Shown piece by piece: positions 56,099 to 58,864 of a DNA stretch of 58,864 bases. The notes beneath the pieces are model-generated. The model searched no databases. It was not told the origin of the DNA and saw only the letters and a program-made list of their open reading frames with translations. Position 1 is the first letter of the stretch, and each line of letters opens with the position of its first letter. Made by a program: the position numbers and the translations under genes. The stretch covers positions 1 through 58,864 of the forward strand of contig MFNL01000002.1 in assembly GCA_001782035.1 (NCBI GenBank), in the 5' to 3' direction. This DNA comes from Candidatus Levybacteria bacterium RIFCSPHIGHO2_01_FULL_37_17 (lineage in GTDB: Bacteria; Patescibacteriota; Microgenomatia; Levybacterales; UBA12049).

Positions 56099-57607
56099 TT
56101 ATTTGAAAATTTTTTTAAATTCCGAGACAGTTTTTTCTAGTTGTAAGATTAATTTTTCATCAGGTTTCTGACCTTTTGTAAGTGAATCTAGAATTTTGGG
56201 ATATTTCTTTTCAATGAATTTATGATATTCTTTCTCAAAAGTTTGTATTTGCGAAAGGTCAATATCATCTAAATGCCCACTAGTTACGAGCCACAAACTC
56301 ATAAATTCAAGGTTTTCTAAAAGTGGTTGATATTGGGACTGCTTTAGAATTTCGATTGTCCGCTTGCCTCTTTCTAACTGTTTTAGAGTAGCTTCATCGA
56401 GCTCACTTCCAAACTGTGCAAAAGCAGCCAAGTTGTTATATTGGGCAAGCTCTAGTCTCATTTTACCAGCAACAGACTTAATAAGTGGTGTTTGAGCAGC
56501 GCCACCAACACGCGAAACAGAATTTCCTGCATCTATCGCAGGCCTTTGGCCGCTATAGAAAAGATCGGTTAGAAAGAAAATTTGTCCATCTGTAATAGAT
56601 ATTACATTAGTGGGAATATATGCTGATATGTCGTTTGCTTGTGTTTCAATTATTGGCAAGGCAGTAATAGATCCACCACCATTTTCTTTATTCATTTTCA
56701 CAGCTCTTTCTAAAAGCCTTGAGTGCAAATAAAAGATATCGCCAGGGTATGCTTCTCGACCCGCAGGTCTTCTGAGAACAAGAGAAATTTGTCTATATGC
56801 CCAAGCGTGTTTTGTCAAATCATCATAAACAACCAAAACGTCTTTGCCCTCTTCCATAAAGTATTCTGCAATAGCAACTCCTGTATATGGAGCAAGATAT
56901 AGCAGGGAAGCAGGATCGGAAGCCGAAGCAGAAACAACAATGGAATAACCTATCGATTTTGTTTCTTTTAGTCTCTCAATAACTTGGGCGATAGTGCTTT
57001 TCTTCTGCCCAATGGCAACGTATACGCATATAACTTTTTTCTGCTCATTCTTTTGGTTGATGATGGTGTCTATAGCCACAGCTGTTTTACCTGTTCCTCG
57101 GTCCCCAATTATTAATTCCCTTTGACCTCTTCCTATTGGTATCATTGAGTCAATTGCTTTGATGCCTGTTTTTAGCGGAGTATTGACAGGCTCTCTCTCA
57201 ATTACGCCGGCGGCAATTCTTTCAAGGGGCATGTTTTTACCATTTTCAACCTTATTTTTACCATCTAGCGGGTTTCCTAACGGGTCTATTATTCGTCCTA
57301 AGATATTTTCCGAAACATTAATACTTAACAGTTTTCCGCTGGCTTTAACCTTATCGCCTTCTTTAATTTCCGTACCGTCTCCAAGAAGAATTATAGAAAC
57401 GCTGTCTTCGTCTAGGTTTAAAACAACTCCTTCTGTGCCATTATTGAAGGAAACAATCTCTCCCATTTTAACATTAGTGAGTCCGGAAGCAGTAATAACA
57501 CCATCTGTGTTTTTGTATACAGTACCGATATTTGATACTGTTTTTGAATCTGTGAAGTTTTTCAGTTTCTTTTCCAAGTCATTTATTATTTGTTCAGAGG
57601 TTTTCAT
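56099..57607 (-). CDS. atpA: F1 ATP synthase alpha subunit
   Basis: Walker A 'GDRGTGKTA', 'VVYDDLTKHAWAYRQISL' and 'PGDIFYLHSRLLERA'. Confidence 0.95.
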   Translation of the reverse strand: MKTSEQIINDLEKKLKNFTDSKTVSNIGTVYKNTDGVITASGLTNVKMGEIVSFNNGTEGVVLNLDEDSVSIILLGDGTEIKEGDKVKASGKLLSINVSENILGRIIDPLGNPLDGKNKVENGKNMPLERIAAGVIEREPVNTPLKTGIKAIDSMIPIGRGQRELIIGDRGTGKTAVAIDTIINQKNEQKKVICVYVAIGQKKSTIAQVIERLKETKSIGYSIVVSASASDPASLLYLAPYTGVAIAEYFMEEGKDVLVVYDDLTKHAWAYRQISLVLRRPAGREAYPGDIFYLHSRLLERAVKMNKENGGGSITALPIIETQANDISAYIPTNVISITDGQIFFLTDLFYSGQRPAIDAGNSVSRVGGAAQTPLIKSVAGKMRLELAQYNNLAAFAQFGSELDEATLKQLERGKRTIEILKQSQYQPLLENLEFMSLWLVTSGHLDDIDLSQIQTFEKEYHKFIEKKYPKILDSLTKGQKPDEKLILQLEKTVSEFKKIFK

Positions 57608-57608
57608 A

Positions 57609-57953
57609 TTATTTGGTTAGAAATTTAGATATGTTTTCTATTTTACTTTTAAGGTCATACTCATAAAGATTATCGAAGTCTAAAATTCTGATTCCGGCTA
57701 GTAATGCTTTATCTTCATTTATAACGACATTTTTATTTTTAAAAATTTTTCTAATATCATTAATGATTTTTTTGTCAGTATTTCTATCTACAAGTGTAAC
57801 CATAATCGTGTTTTTACTTTCGAGTAATTTTATCTTTTTTAAATAAAATTTAATTTCTTTTCTTGATAACTTATTTACAATTCTTAAAATCTTTTTATTA
57901 TCTAGCTTATTATCCGTGTAGCTCGCTAAAGCAAGTTGCTTTATATTTTTCAT
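57609..57953 (-). CDS. atpH: ATP synthase delta (OSCP)-like subunit, unusually short
   Basis: Sits in the atpH position between atpF and atpA. The C-terminal 'ALLAGIRILDFDNLYEYDLKSKI' resembles the OSCP C-terminal domain. Only 114 aa. Confidence 0.55.
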   Translation of the reverse strand: MKNIKQLALASYTDNKLDNKKILRIVNKLSRKEIKFYLKKIKLLESKNTIMVTLVDRNTDKKIINDIRKIFKNKNVVINEDKALLAGIRILDFDNLYEYDLKSKIENISKFLTK

Positions 57954-58444
57954 TTTATTTTTTTAATAGCGTTTTGTAGTATTTTTTTCTGGTCTGTTTT
58001 ACCTAGTTCGTTTTCAAGTGTTTTTTGAAGTAACTCCCTTGCTAATCTTATCGTATACTGTGATAATCTTTTTTCAGTTTCAAAGGTCTCTTTTTCAATC
58101 TGCTGCTTAGCGTCGTTAATGAGTCTTTCTGTTTCTGCTTTAGCATCTTCGTTAATATTTTTAGATAGCTCTAGCGCAGTATCTTTAGCATCGTCTATTA
58201 TGCTTTTAGCGTCATCTTTGGCTTTGATTAAAATTTTTACTCTCTCTTCTTGAGCTCTATCCAAGTTTTTTTTAGCATCTTCTATCTGCACAAGACTTTT
58301 TTTTACACTCTCTTGTCTATCGTTAATTATTTTCAAGATAGGCTTGTACAAAAATCTTTTTAAAAGATAGAGTATGATTAAAAAATTTATAATTTGAGCA
58401 ACCAGAATTACAGGATCAAACCCAAATTTTTCAAGAATTTCCAT
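57950..58444 (-). CDS. atpF: Fo ATP synthase subunit b
   Basis: One N-terminal TM helix (ILVAQIINFLIILYLL) followed by a long charged coiled coil. Operon position fits. Confidence 0.85.
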   Translation of the reverse strand: MEILEKFGFDPVILVAQIINFLIILYLLKRFLYKPILKIINDRQESVKKSLVQIEDAKKNLDRAQEERVKILIKAKDDAKSIIDDAKDTALELSKNINEDAKAETERLINDAKQQIEKETFETEKRLSQYTIRLARELLQKTLENELGKTDQKKILQNAIKKIK

Positions 58445-58447
58445 AAT

Positions 58448-58654
58448 TTACTTTAAGAAAGCGAAAATCAATGAATAAATAGCTATAGCTTCAGCAAATG
58501 CCATAGCTAAAAGCATTGCAGGAAGAATCCTCCCGAAAGCCTCGGGATTTCTTCCTATAGCCTCCATTGCCTTCATTCCTATTAAGCCTATGGCGAGTGC
58601 AGCCATTTGGCCTCCAATTGCAATAATCAATCCCCCTGATACGCTAAAAGACAT
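58448..58654 (-). CDS. atpE: Fo ATP synthase subunit c
   Basis: 68-aa helical hairpin with a 'GRNPE' loop and carboxylate in 'AFAEAIAIYSL'. Strong SD AAGGAGGTG upstream. Confidence 0.9.
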   Translation of the reverse strand: MSFSVSGGLIIAIGGQMAALAIGLIGMKAMEAIGRNPEAFGRILPAMLLAMAFAEAIAIYSLIFAFLK

Positions 58655-58656
58655 AA

Positions 58657-58864
58657 TTAACGACTCACCTCCTTAGAACTCTCACTGTGTGGTGTTGTAA
58701 GTATGGTCATGAATGCCATCGTCAACATAGCAAAAACCAATGCTTGAACTAATCCAACGACAGTTTCAAGCATTAAGAAGGGAACAGGAAAAAGGAAAGC
58801 AAACAGCGCTGAAATGGTACCTAAAACTACCTCGCCGGCAAAAATATTTCCAAAAAGTCTAAAC
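58657..58864 (-). CDS. atpB: Fo ATP synthase subunit a, C-terminal part (5' end outside window)
   Basis: Not in the ORF track because it has no start in the window. The reverse-strand translation reads '[53 protein letters not shown]...', which contains the conserved subunit-a RLFGN motif. Stop TAA at 58657-58659. Confidence 0.85.
   Translation of the reverse strand, partial: FRLFGNIFAGEVVLGTISALFAFLFPVPFLMLETVVGLVQALVFAMLTMAFMTILTTPHSESSKEVSR

Noticed and set aside
58448-58654. Na+-specific c-subunit
   Set aside because: The helix-2 motif is E-A-I-A-I-Y, with no Ser or Thr after the carboxylate. There is no Gln at the helix-1 position corresponding to Q32 of the Ilyobacter c-subunit. A proton-coupled c-ring is the default reading.

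Overview
AT-rich, tightly packed bacterial chromosome segment read with the standard code (TGA acts as a stop, for example at recO and glyQS). Gene content and compaction suggest a Patescibacteria/CPR-like organism, but this is inference only. There are four blocks. (1) 1-9504: a surface-glycan locus with GT-C/GT39-like membrane proteins, three GT4 enzymes, a mannose-1-P guanylyltransferase, a priming sugar-phosphate transferase and a DUF4012 protein. (2) 9504-34244: housekeeping genes, namely recO, glyQS, a rearranged dcw cluster (mraZ-rsmH-ftsL-ftsI-murF-[DUF192, opposite strand]-murE-murC-murA-glmU(N-terminal domain)-mraY-ftsW-murG-ftsQ-like-ftsA-ftsZ), FKBP, ileS, rodA, rplU, rpmA, parB and lepB. 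(3) 34306-53429: a ~19 kb, visibly more AT-rich glycosylation island bracketed by tRNA-Val(CAC) and tRNA-Thr(CGT). It holds four further GT-C-type membrane proteins plus one more tentative candidate, and two of the four are fused to N-terminal GT2 domains. It also holds a Dpm1-like polyprenol-P-sugar synthase, a Wzx flippase, a Wzy_C/O-antigen-ligase-family protein, two Zn-ribbon methyltransferases and GT4/GT2 enzymes. (4) 53470-58864: the F-type ATP synthase operon on the minus strand (atpB partial). No CRISPR array, transposase, integrase or rRNA gene was seen. The most notable observations are: the GT2::GT-C fusions within the lipid-linked sugar island; a recurrent -10 box placed 6-7 nt before the start codon at nine transcription-unit-leading genes, implying leaderless mRNAs; two tRNA genes followed within 1-4 nt by a start codon; two 35-nt heptanucleotide repeat arrays inside glycosyltransferase genes; three GTGGGA-type boxes at 10-bp phasing upstream of mraZ; and Mur ligases that lack the N-terminal domain.
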